A DNA stretch of 62,865 bases. Source: Gekko japonicus (taxonomy: Eukaryota). Location: positions 873,467-936,331 of the forward strand of contig NW_015170911.1 of assembly GCF_001447785.1 (NCBI RefSeq), written 5' to 3'. Under the pieces are notes generated by a model. It had not been told where the DNA came from and made no database searches. It saw only the letters and a list, made by a program, of their open reading frames with translations. The translations under genes and the position numbers were made by a program. Shown here one piece after another: positions 38,600-49,730 of this stretch; position 1 is the stretch's first letter; each line of letters starts with the position of its first letter.

Positions 38600-38861
38600 C
38601 CTGAAACATTTATTGGTTGCTTGTTGGTGCCACTGGACTCAAATACAACAGTTCTCCTGCAGACCAACACGGCTACCCTCCAAAACCAAGCAGGAGAAGT
38701 CTATCTGCTGAGTTAAAATTTCAATTTCAGTGCCATACCATTGAAAGTTTCCAAAAAGCAATAAAAATGTTTTTTTTTTAAAGTTTCCACACTCTGCTTT
38801 CACTGATGCCAGTTCCTCCCCACTCGTAAACTGGCATACAATTGGCAGCCCATCTTGCAAC

Positions 38862-39272
38862 CAATGTTCCCTCTAAGCTGCGGAGTCTTGTGAGCAGGGG
38901 ACATTTCGTAGAAAAAAAGCTAGGGGAGGAAGCAACTTACCCTCCCTCTTCTCCTGCCTCCTCCTGGCTGAATGAGGGCTGGAAGCGGGGCGGCCGGAAG
39001 CAGGGGGTGGGGCTTCGTCATGTGCCCCGCCCCCCTGCACCTCACCCGGGGGAACTGCGTTCCCCCGCGTCCCCCCCCGAAATGACCTCTACTTGTGAGC
39101 AAAAATTCTGCTTCGTGAGCTACTGGCATTAAAGTTGTGAGCAAGCAGTTTGGCTCCTGCATAAATTATTTTGCTCTGGAGCCATCCTTCCTGAGCTAAG
39201 ACGAAAATCTGTGAGCTGGAGGCTAAAAAACTGTGAGCTAGCTCACACTAACTCAGCTTAGAGGGCACACTG
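38862..39272. mobile_element. hAT MITE family 1 containing a nested family 2 MITE
   Basis: 8-bp TSD CTTGCAAC at 38854-38861 and 39273-39280. Confidence 0.9.
38895..39091. mobile_element. hAT MITE family 2, internally deleted form
   Basis: TIR CAGGGGACATTTCG / CGAAATGACCTCTA; 8-bp TSD CTTGTGAG at 38887-38894 and 39092-39099; reverse complement of parts of 29561-30017. Confidence 0.88.
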
Positions 39273-40014
39273 CTTGCAACGGAGCAGCAGTATTGGTAAT
39301 GTGTGAACTGTCCTTGAGAAACAGGGCTCACTGGTGATCTCTGGCAACTCACTTGTCTCTCAGGCTAATTGCCTTCACACACACAGTCGTTTGCTGCGAG
39401 GCAAACCACTGCTCAGTGAGCAGTATACAAAGGCTAGCAATGGCTTGAAGGATTTTGGAGGAGCAAGTGTAACATCCTGTAAAACACAGCGCTGATTTCC
39501 CATGTATGCGAGGAGACAGCATGGTGTGCTCCTTTTCAGTCTATATAACCATCTGCTGCAGGCTGAAATAGGAAGGGGGTGGGGGGAATGAAAGGGTTTA
39601 AGCAATAAGGGATGATGATCAAAAGGAAGCTCCAGTAAGTGTAGATCAGTTTGGTGCATTTTGAAATGCATCCGTTTTAAACTTAGTGATCACAATTTCA
39701 GAAATTGTACCTTTACATAACTGTCATCAAATAAATTAAGTAGCTACCCATGAAGATGGGACGAAAGACCAAAAGGTAACGTCCAAAGGGATTAATTTAA
39801 TCTCTCGGATGAGAGGATGGCCTCATCCTTTCCTGAGAAACTTCCCAAATCTGAGCGGCTTGTTTCAGCGAGTCATTTCATTAATGGCACGAGGCCCCAG
39901 GCATTCAAGCAATCACTGCTTGGCAGGGACAGTTCCCATTTCCTGGTGTCCATTCTGGGGTTTTGTCTGGTACATATTTGGGGAGTGCCACTGTAAAACT
40001 GGAGGTCTCTAGAT

Positions 40015-40220
40015 CAATGTTCCCTCTAAGCTGTGGAGTCTTGTGAGCAGAAATTCTACTTCATGAGCTACTGGCATTAAAGCTGTGAGCGAGCGATTTG
40101 GCTCCTGCATAAATTAGTCTGCTCGGGAGCCATCCTTCCTGAGCTAAGAGAAAAATCTGTGAGCTGGAGGCTAAAAAACTGTGAGCTAGCTCACACTAAC
40201 TCAGCTTAGAGGGAACACAG
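40015..40220. mobile_element. hAT MITE family 1
   Basis: Same TIRs; TSD CTCTAGAT. Confidence 0.92.
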
Positions 40221-40749
40221 CTCTAGATGTTAAATTCCTGCAGGGGATACACCTGTACATTGGCACAATTCTACTATACTTACCCCTCTTCCACATCAAC
40301 TCCTTACCACGCTGCTGAATGCACTTGAGTTTCAAGTGGGTCAGCATCAATGGGTGGCATCTTCAGGTAGCTATGAGGACCTGCCGCTGTGTGGCGGCAG
40401 GAGTCACAGGCTGTCGCTCCCTTTCTTGGGGGTGCCATCCCGGAAGGACTGGGCCCGCTCACTCCTCCCCCCTCACTGGGCAGGTGAGTGTGGGTGGCTC
40501 CACCCCTTCCTTCCCTTCTGCTCTCAGAGTCTGGGTGCAGGTGGGAGCACAGTTCTCTCACCTGCCCAAGCAAGCGGCAACGGAACACTATCAGTAGTCA
40601 CCGCCCCGCGGGAAAGGAAAAGGGAGCAAGCGGCTGCTCCTGAGAGTGGCAGCAGCTACTCACTAGCTTGGGCCGGTGAGCAAGGAGCAATAGTGGCCAA
40701 GAGCAGCAGTGGCATGTCTCTTGCTTGGCCTCTCAGTTTGTGTCACAGC

Positions 40750-41157
40750 CAGGGCTATTTTTGGGCAGGAACACACAGGAACACGCACAGGAACGGAGTT
40801 CCGGCTGGCTCCCAAGTTGGCCACGCCCAGCAGGAACTCATTAGCATAATAGGCCACACCCAACAGCAGAAACTCATTAGGATTGGCTACATTAGGGGTG
40901 TGTGGCCTAACATGCAAAGGAGTTCCTGCTACAAAAAAAGCCCTGGGTTTTGGCAACAAACAACGTAAACAGAATAAGAAGCAAAAGGTGGGTGTGTCTG
41001 GATGAGCACACTTCTGGTAACATGGGGGTGTGGCCTAATATGCCAATGAGCTGTGCTGTCAGGGGTGTGGCTTAATATGCTAATATGTTTCTGCTGTTGG
41101 GTGTGTCCTATTATGCTAATGAGTTCCTGCTGGGATTTTTCCACAAAAAAAGCCCTG
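40750..41157. mobile_element. hAT MITE (family 3) with an extra internal right end
   Basis: TIR CAGGGCTATTTTT / AAAAAAAGCCCTG; TSD GTCACAGC at 40742-40749 and 41158-41165; second AAAAAAAGCCCTG ending at 40945. Confidence 0.8.
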
Positions 41158-41633
41158 GTCACAGCCGTGCTTGGGTTGGGGGTCCTCCAGAAACCATCTT
41201 GTTGAGGACCCCCAAAGCTTAGAATTGGCCCTGAGTTGTAGCTATTCTTGAGCAATCACAACCAGATCCATTGTGAGATTAACAATTCAAAAGGGATTTC
41301 TGTCTGTCTGTCTATCTCCCTGCTTCAGGTGAGCAGTTGCAACAAGCATGAACAACAGGGAGAGAATATCTTCCCACCATCTGTGACAGAAAGGTGGAAG
41401 TTCAGACAGCTGTCCTTGGTGTAGGGTTGCCAGGTCCTGGTTTTCATTTGAAGATGTTGGAAGTACATAATGCATGAGAGTATTTTATAGAATGAACCCT
41501 TAGTAGATCAACTGTATATCCAAACCTGTTTGGAACTGAAAGTTATGGTAAAATGCTGTGGTTTCAGTAGGGTGAGCCAACCAAAACAAATGCCCAGCAC
41601 TGCACTCCTTTCAATAGTATAAATACCCTAGAG

Positions 41634-42352
41634 CAGGGGTCCCCAGGAGCTGCGGTGGCTCAAGTGGTTAAGATGCTGAACTGCAGGCTGTGGAAGGTCA
41701 GTAGTTCAGCAGTTCGAGACCTGGGTGCCGCATGATGGAGTGAGCTCCCATCTCTAGTTCCAGCTCCTGCCAACCTAGCAGTTCGAAAGCAAGACATTGC
41801 AAGTAGATAAATAGGTACCACTTTGGTGGGAAGGTAACAGCGTTCCGTGCACCTCGGTGTTTAGTCATGCCGGCCACATGACCACGGAAACGTCTTCGGA
41901 CAGCGCTAGCTCTTCGGCTTTGAAACGGAGATGACCCTAGAGTCGGATTCGACTGGCTTTCGAGCAAGGGAACCTTTACCTTTACCTTTTTAGGGGTCCC
42001 CAGCATGGTAACTGTGGGCACCATGGCACCCACTGACATGCCTCCTGGTGTCCACCATGTGTTACCAGAAAGTAGGTGAAGCACAGCTTCTGAGTGGCCA
42101 ATAGACATCCGATTAGCTCTGCAGATTAAAATTATGTTGCTTCAGTGGCAGCTGCCACCGCAATATTGGTCTTATTCTCTGACTCCTTTTTCCCCAGTGT
42201 ATTTTTCAAATTACCCTTCTCCCCTGCACTTGGATTTATTCTGGGTGCGTATGTGGCTCCATGTCCTGCAGCAGCCATCTTGTGGCTATGCCCACCACAA
42301 TGTATCAGATTTCCAGTTGTGCCCACAGTCTCAAAAAGCTTGGGGACCTCTG
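41634..42352. mobile_element. Older hAT-Charlie-type MITE whose left TIR was hit by a Sauria SINE
   Basis: TIR CAGGGGTCCCCA / TGGGGACCTCTG; degenerate TSD CCCTAGAG / CTCTGGAG. Confidence 0.65.
41647..41991 (+). mobile_element. Sauria SINE, full length
   Basis: 12-bp TSD AGGGGTCCCCAG at 41635-41646 and 41992-42003; (ACCTTT)n tail. Confidence 0.92.
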
Positions 42353-42979
42353 CTCTGGAGATTCGGACCATTGTGGCGTGCGCTGCAGCAACATCCAGGT
42401 CAGACTAAGGGGAAGTGCTTTAGCTGGGCCTGCCTCTGAAAAATGTCCCACTGATAATAAAACGGTGCAGCCAGAGGGATGAGTGTGCCTCGCTTGTCTG
42501 AGGATATTATGCCAATATTGTACCGTATTCTAGTTTGTTTCTGGGTCCAGTTCCAAGTGCTGGTCTTAACCTTTAAAGCCATGAATAGTTTGAGAATATG
42601 TGCTAAATTCATCAACAGATGTCCCGCCTTGAGCTCTGTCACCATCTGGTATAAAAGGTTGGTGTTCAAGAGACAGGCTTTCAGTTTCAGAGCCCTTCTT
42701 TCCAAGTCTTTAACCTGGGAGATCCAGATGGTTCTTCTTTATGTGCCAGTTCAAGATCCTGCTCTTTCAGTGTTCCTTTAGCCTTGTTTAATGCATGATC
42801 TCTGTTGCTAGTGTCTTCCTGTCTTGGTCCATTTCATTATGTCTTGATCTGCTGCTAAATACTGCAGATTAGGTACTCTACTGATTGCTGTGCTTGTTGC
42901 TTTGATAGTGTGCGGGGCTTTGTGTGTGTGTGTGTGATTGCTAGCCAGTTTGCAATGCCATCTTAAGTAGAGTTATATC

Positions 42980-43222
42980 ATTCTAAGTCCTTTGGTCACA
43001 TCGTGAGCTCACAAGAGTCACTGGAGAAGACAATAATGCTAGGAAAAGTTGAAGGGTGTAGGAAAAGAGGAAGATTCACCATGAGATGAATTGACTCAAT
43101 AAAGGAAGCCACAGTCTTCCATTTGCAAGACCTGAACAAGGCTGTTAATGACAGGAAGTTTTGGAGATCATTAATTCATCAGCTCGCCATAAATTAGAAG
43201 CAATCTGAAGGGACATAACACA
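42980..43222 (+). mobile_element. RTE-clade LINE 3' end
   Basis: FGHIVSSQESLEKTIMLGKVEGCRKRGR; tail CGCCATAAATTAGAAGCAATCTGAAGGGACATAACA. Confidence 0.75.
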
Positions 43223-44386
43223 GATGTACAAGTGCACTGAAGTTAATGGGTGTAACTCTGCTTTGGGTGGTACTGCTGATGTCCTGTTAGAAAAGGGAGC
43301 AGGGCAAAATATTCAATAGAAATAGGATGTGTGGTGAAAGGAGACGAGGAAGAGCTCTAGTCCATAAGCCCTTGCCTATTACCCATCTTGGATGATGGTT
43401 GGGGCATAACTGTAATGTTTGGAGCAAAAATGGAATAAAATAAACAGTGACCAGAGCTGTGCTTTTTAAAAAGTTCAGCCAGTAATTTCCATTTCCTAGC
43501 CCCTGGCAATTCACTTAAATATTGCATCGCATAATACGAAAGATGGTCATTATCACAACATAAATTATTACAGCAGCAGCTATTACTGCGGTCTGGCTGA
43601 ATAAAAAAATCACTGCAAAAATACTCAGAAGGCATGAGGGGTACATCTGTTGGTTGCCTACCGGGAGCTACACTGAAGGAAGTAAACAAGCATTTAGATA
43701 TCCTTGGCTGAGCAACTGCTTTGACACCTAAATTCTGGAGAGGGTTTTTCATGCCTTGCACTTTGTACGGAGAAACGGCTTTTCTTTCTTTTTTCCAGTT
43801 TTTAATGTAAATTTGAGTATAAATGTCAGATTTACATAGAACAGATTTTTCAGGTTAGCATATGAGCTGAGCTTGGACCCACGGCTGATACTATGGGGTG
43901 GATACAGGGCAGTTCCCAGCAAGTAATGTGATAAAGTGTGTGCACGTGACACCATCCAAACACGTGCACTAACACTACAAGCCACAACATTCGCAAAGGA
44001 ATTGACCTGAATAGAGAAGAGACACACAGACTGTTTCATTGGGAGGGCTGATTGCAATTCATAGACGCCAATGTAGTTTATCCATGAACTCAATCAATGA
44101 GAATAAGAGATTAACACTGAACAGCTTCTTTGTATGGAACGACCAAGCAAGTGTACAGTTTCACAGTAGTGAAAGATAGCTGTATTGAGAGCAGGGAAGT
44201 TAACCTTAAAGAATGCCCATTGCCTTTGGGTACCTGGTATGCTGAATACTGGCCATGCATGTATTTAACATTCCAAGCAAGAGAAGAACTTCTAGGGGGA
44301 AATGGTGCTCAATTTGTGATGCAGCTATCGTTACAACTTTATATGTTTGTTTTCCGAACCAGCTAATTACTAATTTCTGCAACTAT

Positions 44387-45873
44387 GGCTTCCGGTCTGG
44401 CTCCCGCGAATGGCGTATGCATCCTCGGGTCGCTCCCATGGGCGTCTCGCCCGCCCGCGGTCGAGGGGGGAATCCGCGCAAGCGGAGACCCAGACGAGCC
44501 CCAGAAAGAGGGGCTCCGACCCGGGGCGCGAAGGTGGGAGTCTCTTTCTCGGCCGAAAGGTCGGAAATTGAGCCTCCCTGCCATGCCCCAATGGACCTTG
44601 CCACCAAACTCTCCGGCTCCGACGACTCCCCCGTGCTGTTATCTCCGTCTGCTCCTCCCCTGTTGCCAGGAACGCTTCCAAGCTGGACGTACTCCTCTCC
44701 TCCCAGAAGGACAGCAGCCGCCTCGCTCACAGCTCCAGCTTTCACAGCACACAGACAAAAACAGCTTACAGGTGCTTTCCAGGACTCCGGCTGGAACCTC
44801 GGCTGGACACTGGATTCCTTGCAGTCAGGACTCACCCTGGACGTGGCTTAGGTTCTCCAGGCGTCGCTCAAACGCTCTCTGGGCCCATAACCCTGTCGCG
44901 GTTGGCGTCACTGCATCCCAGGTCTCCGTTTGGTACCACCCAGTCCAATATCACCACACTGGGGTACTGCTATAGTCACCACACAGAGTCAGGTATAGTG
45001 TGCAACTATATACAGTGGTTTTATTTATAAGCAGAGTATTTTCCAGCAAAGTGCTTCGCCAAGCAGTTCATATTCCATCAGGCACACAATGCTAGGAAAC
45101 TGTACACTTATATACATCTGACAACCAATCATATTGCTGCTGAGTCACTGTGACTAGACTCCAGCTCAGGACATGTTCCAACCTGTTCATTCCTGTTCTA
45201 CTGACAGTCAATTAACACTGACACCTGTCATCTAGATTGGTTTCATCTATTTACAGTTGTACATGCTGGATACTTACATACACTCCAACACTGTGACAAG
45301 CGAGAAGGTGCCCTGAAGAGCGCTTTTATAAGTCAACAGTTGCGGAGAGAAGGTCCAGCTAAGAGAATGGCAGCGTTTAAACATATACGCGAGAGATGGA
45401 AAAAGGAGAAAACCATTCTCAAAGCCAGAGACCTTTTGAAGAGGCACAAGAGAGCAAGGATTATGGCATTTGCAGTTTGCAAACAAACAGCAGAAGCAGC
45501 GTCCCGGAGGAGGAGACGAGAAACCGGAGAGGAGTAAATAGAGGAAGTTCCTGCCTGAATTTGGAGACTAAAAGAAGTCAGCCCGTGGATGATCGTTTTA
45601 AAAATCGTTGGAAAAGATTTTACTAGCGGAGTACCATTGGGACACTACTAATATATTAACATAGACACTGTATTTAACCGGTTTGAAAAAAGAAGTTTGA
45701 CAACACACAGAAGAAGCCAAAGAAGAAAATTTTAATTTTACTAACAGATTAACTTTACCAGTTAAAACATCACTCATCTTTCTCTTGATCCCACTGTATA
45801 CCCTCCCCCTTTCTAACTAAGCGAAATATCTCTCCTTTTTAGGAGAGGAAATAAAGCTTTTAAATTAAAAAAA
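44387..45873 (+). mobile_element. Short non-autonomous L1-like retroposon with a nested LTR-like segment
   Basis: 15-bp TSD ACTAATTTCTGCAAC at 44369-44383 and 45874-45888 (extendable by Y-A-T); CpG-rich 5' end GGCTTCCGG...AATGGCG; AATAAA and A-tail at 45850-45873. Confidence 0.75.
44579..45298 (-). mobile_element. LTR-like segment nested in the L1-like insert
   Basis: Minus strand begins TGTCACAG, TATATAA at ~45113-45107, AATAAA at ~45025-45020; no TSD found, left boundary uncertain (44579 or ~44949). Confidence 0.4.
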
Positions 45874-46601
45874 ACTAATTTCTGCAACCATCATTAGCTT
45901 CAACTATTGTTTTTGTCCATGAATTCTACTGAGTTGCAGCAATCAAGAGTTCACTCAGGGTAACACTGCATGTGATTATCTAAAAAAACCCAAGAAGGAA
46001 CCATGGAGTACCATACTCAAAACATAATCAGGTGAACAAGCCCTAATTATATAAATTGTTAAAGTGCCATGATCTTTTAAATGTCATACAATCTGGGAGA
46101 AAGTAGCCCTTTAACACATCTGACAATTAGGAAAGGGTTGCTATCAGCACTGGATGCAAAGAAACATGGCCTGTGGAAACTAATTTGTAAGTGTGGAGAA
46201 TGCAATTAAAGGTGGCATTTTTCACCAGAAGGCTGACTCCAAGGCTCTGGAAAATCCTCACACGTATTCAAAAAAATGACAGGTTACACATTTCCATTGA
46301 AACCCGAAATTGTTTTGCTCAGTCTATGGTAAGATCCCAAAATCCCCTCTATCCACAAAGCTTTTTTTTTATTATTGTTAACTGCTGCTAATCTTACTCT
46401 GGCTTCCTTTTGTACGAAAAAGGAACTTCCCTTGATCTCTAGATAGTTTAAAATTATTTAGGACTTCTTCATAATGGAGAAAATCTCAGATAAATTGCAT
46501 TCTATTGATAATCCTAACTATCACTCAGTCCTCCTTTCACCCTCTGTGGTGGCCAGTTCTGGAATTTATGAATGATTATGGTGCGTCTGGATCTTCTAAC
46601 C

Positions 46602-46798
46602 CAGTGGTTCTCAACCTTCCTAATGCCGCGACCCTTTAATACAGTTCCTCATGTTGTGGTGACCCCCAACCATAAAATTACTTTCGTTGCTATCATAAGA
46701 CCATTGAAAATTTGTGTTTTCCGATGGTCTTAGGCGACCCCTGTGAAAGGGTCGTTTGACCCCCAAAGGGGTTGCGACCCACAGGTTGAGAACCGCTG
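46602..46798 (-). mobile_element. SPIN/URR1-type hAT MITE
   Basis: Reverse complement CAGCGGTTCTCAACCTGTGGGTCGCAACCCCTTTGGGGGTC...CATTAGGAAGGTTGAGAACCACTG matches the URR1/SPIN non-autonomous consensus as I recall it; flanking TCTAACC duplicated. Confidence 0.88.
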
Positions 46799-47169
46799 TC
46801 TAACCCATATATTAATCGCTTTATAGCTTTATTATGACCGTAACTGCATGTTGAAACTGGTATACTATGCTGTTGACTCTTTGCTCTTTTAAAACTTACA
46901 ATGTACAGCCTAAAGATAGCTAAAGCTGTTAAATCTCCATTAAAGGCTTTATAATTCTATCATGCTTCTGCATGTTCATATAAGCCGCCCTGAGTCGGCC
47001 TTGGCTGGGAGAGCGGGATAGAAATCTGACAAACAAACAAACAAATTCATTTTACATCTTTTGCCCCTTCTTTTGTATTGTAAAACTGTATATTCATGCG
47101 TTATCCTGTTGTTCATATACTTGTTCTGTTTTGTTTGGTTGTTATATTACCTGAAATATTTCTCCAACA

Positions 47170-47390
47170 AGAAGAGGAGATTGGATTTATACCCTGCCCT
47201 TCACTCCCCAAATGAGTCTCAGAGTGGCTTACAATCCCTTTGTCTTCCCCTCCCCACAACAGACACCCTGTGAGGTAGGTGGGGCTAAGAGAGATATCTG
47301 GAGAACTGCCCTTGAGAGAACAGCTCTGAAACCACACCAGCAGCTGCACACGGAGGAGTGGGGAATCAAACCTGGTTCTCCCAGATTACA
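47170..47390 (-). mobile_element. Squam3-type SINE, 5'-truncated
   Basis: Same family as the 38230 copy. Confidence 0.8.
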
Positions 47391-47420
47391 GCCTACAGAA
47401 TCCAGTGGATGCTAGACAGT

Positions 47421-47935
47421 GGCCCCGGTCACATGGGCTGGATATTGCGGGGGGGGGAGGCGTGGCTAATTGCCCCGGAGGAAACTAATGCGCGGCTGCC
47501 TGAGCACACGTCCCGGTCGAGGTCCCGTGGTTAGGGGGGAGATGCCAACCAGACGGGTATCCTGCAGCGCGGCACATAAGCCACGCCGTGTGAGTGCACT
47601 AGCAATTGCTCTTTGTGCGCATATGCTGTTGGATGCTGTTGCGCAACCTGAGGAGATTTGGGAGACAAAAAATCCCCTTGTGTGCGATGAACAGCGGCGG
47701 GCACTGGATGCCACATAAGTCCACCAGAAACGCGATCAGACGCCCGCCCTTGCCCCGCGGCTTCCGGAAACTAGTACCTCGGAGGTACTAGATTTTTACT
47801 CCGCATCTTCGGCGGGAAGTCTCGGGTTAGCCACGGGAGCTCTACACTTCCCAGATGTTGCGGTGTGATCGCGCCCAGAAAATCCGCCTTCCATCCGTAT
47901 TGTCAGCGCGGCAAATGCTCCGTGTGACCGCAGCC
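47421..47935. mobile_element. CpG-rich MITE, PIF/Harbinger-like
   Basis: Imperfect 16-bp TIR GGCCCCGGTCACATGG / CCGTGTGACCGCAGCC; no clean 3-bp TSD. Confidence 0.5.
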
Positions 47936-49377
47936 TGAATTATGTGATTGCTAGATAAGGGAGAATTCAAAATGTGATCCTATTTAGCAGTGGTATTACT
48001 GTGCAACCCTTGAAATTACCTTCTTAAATAGGGACATAATAGTGCCTGCCTTCCACTGTTATTAGGTACACAAAGCCCTCAAAGTTTTTAAAGGCTGACC
48101 ACAGCTGAGAAAGTCTTTTCAAGTGTCTGAGACTTGCCTTAGCAATAAAATTGCCCTTAGTGATAATGTTTAGTATTCACACCTAGTGGCTCTTAAAATG
48201 ACACTGTCCCAGAGGCCCACTCTCTACCTGAAAACAACCTGAAAATGAAAACAGGAAACATGGCAAAAAGTCCCTATGAGGCCTCATAGAATTAGCAAGA
48301 GAGAAAGCAGATCCAGCAGGATATAACGAAATATGTGAAGTGGGCAGGAGGAATAAACAGGAAGATGTAAATGGTTAGAACATCTTACTTGTGTGTGTGT
48401 GTGTGGGGGGGGAGAACATCTTGCTTGGAGAAAACAACATGAGGCTCTGTGCTGGGGTGAAGTGAGACCTGAAGGTGATGGTACTCTCAAATGTTTTCTC
48501 TTCATAGCTGTAAGGTTGTACCTAGGCTGTGAAAAGCCAAGACACAGGAAGGGAAATGCCTTAGGAGGCTTTATCCCAAAGCTATAAACAGGCTGCAATT
48601 CCTCTGCATCCTGAGGAGAAGGTCTTTTTATAAGATGGTCTATCTGATGGAGGCCTAGCTAGCTTGGACTGCTGGGAACCTGACAACTACCTTCTCTGAC
48701 TCTGAGGCTTGAAAACGAAAGAAGTACTTTGCAGTGGTGTGTGAGTTTTGCACCCTCTCTGAGGTATCATCAGGGTTTTTTTTCCCCACTGAAAAAGCCT
48801 TCTTTTTTCTACTGTAGATGTTCGATATGAGCTTGTGTTTTGGTGCCGAGACTGCAGGCATGTAACCAAGCATGATGCCTCAGGGCAACCACTGTAGCCG
48901 TCTCTTCAGAACTGTGTCCAGCAACATGTTTTTCAGTCAGAGTGAACTAATTTATGCAGTAGCCAAACCGCTCCCTCACAACTTTAATGCCTGTAGCTCA
49001 CAAAGTAGAATGTTTGCTCACAAGACTCCACAGCTTAGAGGGAGTACTGACTCTAAGACAAGACAGGATCTGTCGGTTTTGAGGCTGTCTGGCAACTTCT
49101 ATTGGAGCAACCATTCTGATAATTTGTTCAGAGTAGAGCCTGATGCCTACACAAAGGGATATAGCCTGGGGTTCAGAAATCAGTTCCACTAGTGAAGATC
49201 CAAAGTTTTCTCAGATTCTGAATCTGAAGATGAACAGCTCCCAGATCCATGTGGATCCCATAACCCCAGAATAAACATCCCCAGGATCAGAAAGGATTGC
49301 TGGGAGAGGGGGTGCTAAGAAAGATCTGCACTCATCAGTACCTCCTACTGATGGGCCATGTGATCCAATCTACTATT

Positions 49378-49730
49378 TCTCCAAGCTGTTACAGATTCTC
49401 TGCCATGAAGTGTGCTTGGTAACCTTGGGCCAGTCATTTCCTCTTAGCCTAGCCGACATCACTGGTGTAGTGGTTAAGTGCGCGGACTCTAATCTGGGAG
49501 AACCGGGTTTGATTCCCATTCTCCAAGATGTTACAGATTCTCTGCCATGAAGTGTGCCTGGTAACCTTGGGCCAATCATTTCCTCTTAGCCTACCCGACA
49601 TCACTGGTGTAGTGGTTAAGTGCGCAGACTCTAATCTGGGAGAACCGGGTTTGATTCCCCACTCCTCCTCTTGCACCTGCTGGATGACCTTGGGCAAGCC
49701 ATAGTTCTGATAGAAACTGTTCTTGAAAAA
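49378..49730 (+). repeat. ~140-bp tandem duplication including a Squam3 SINE head
   Basis: 49378-49518 is repeated from ~49520; the second unit continues further into the SINE body. Confidence 0.88.

Noticed and set aside
40336-40968. 210-aa ORF
   Set aside because: Runs through a MITE boundary and its subterminal repeats; spurious.
44255-44975. Overlapping 150-198-aa ORFs on both strands
   Set aside because: They cross TE junctions in GC-rich sequence and show no recognisable domains.
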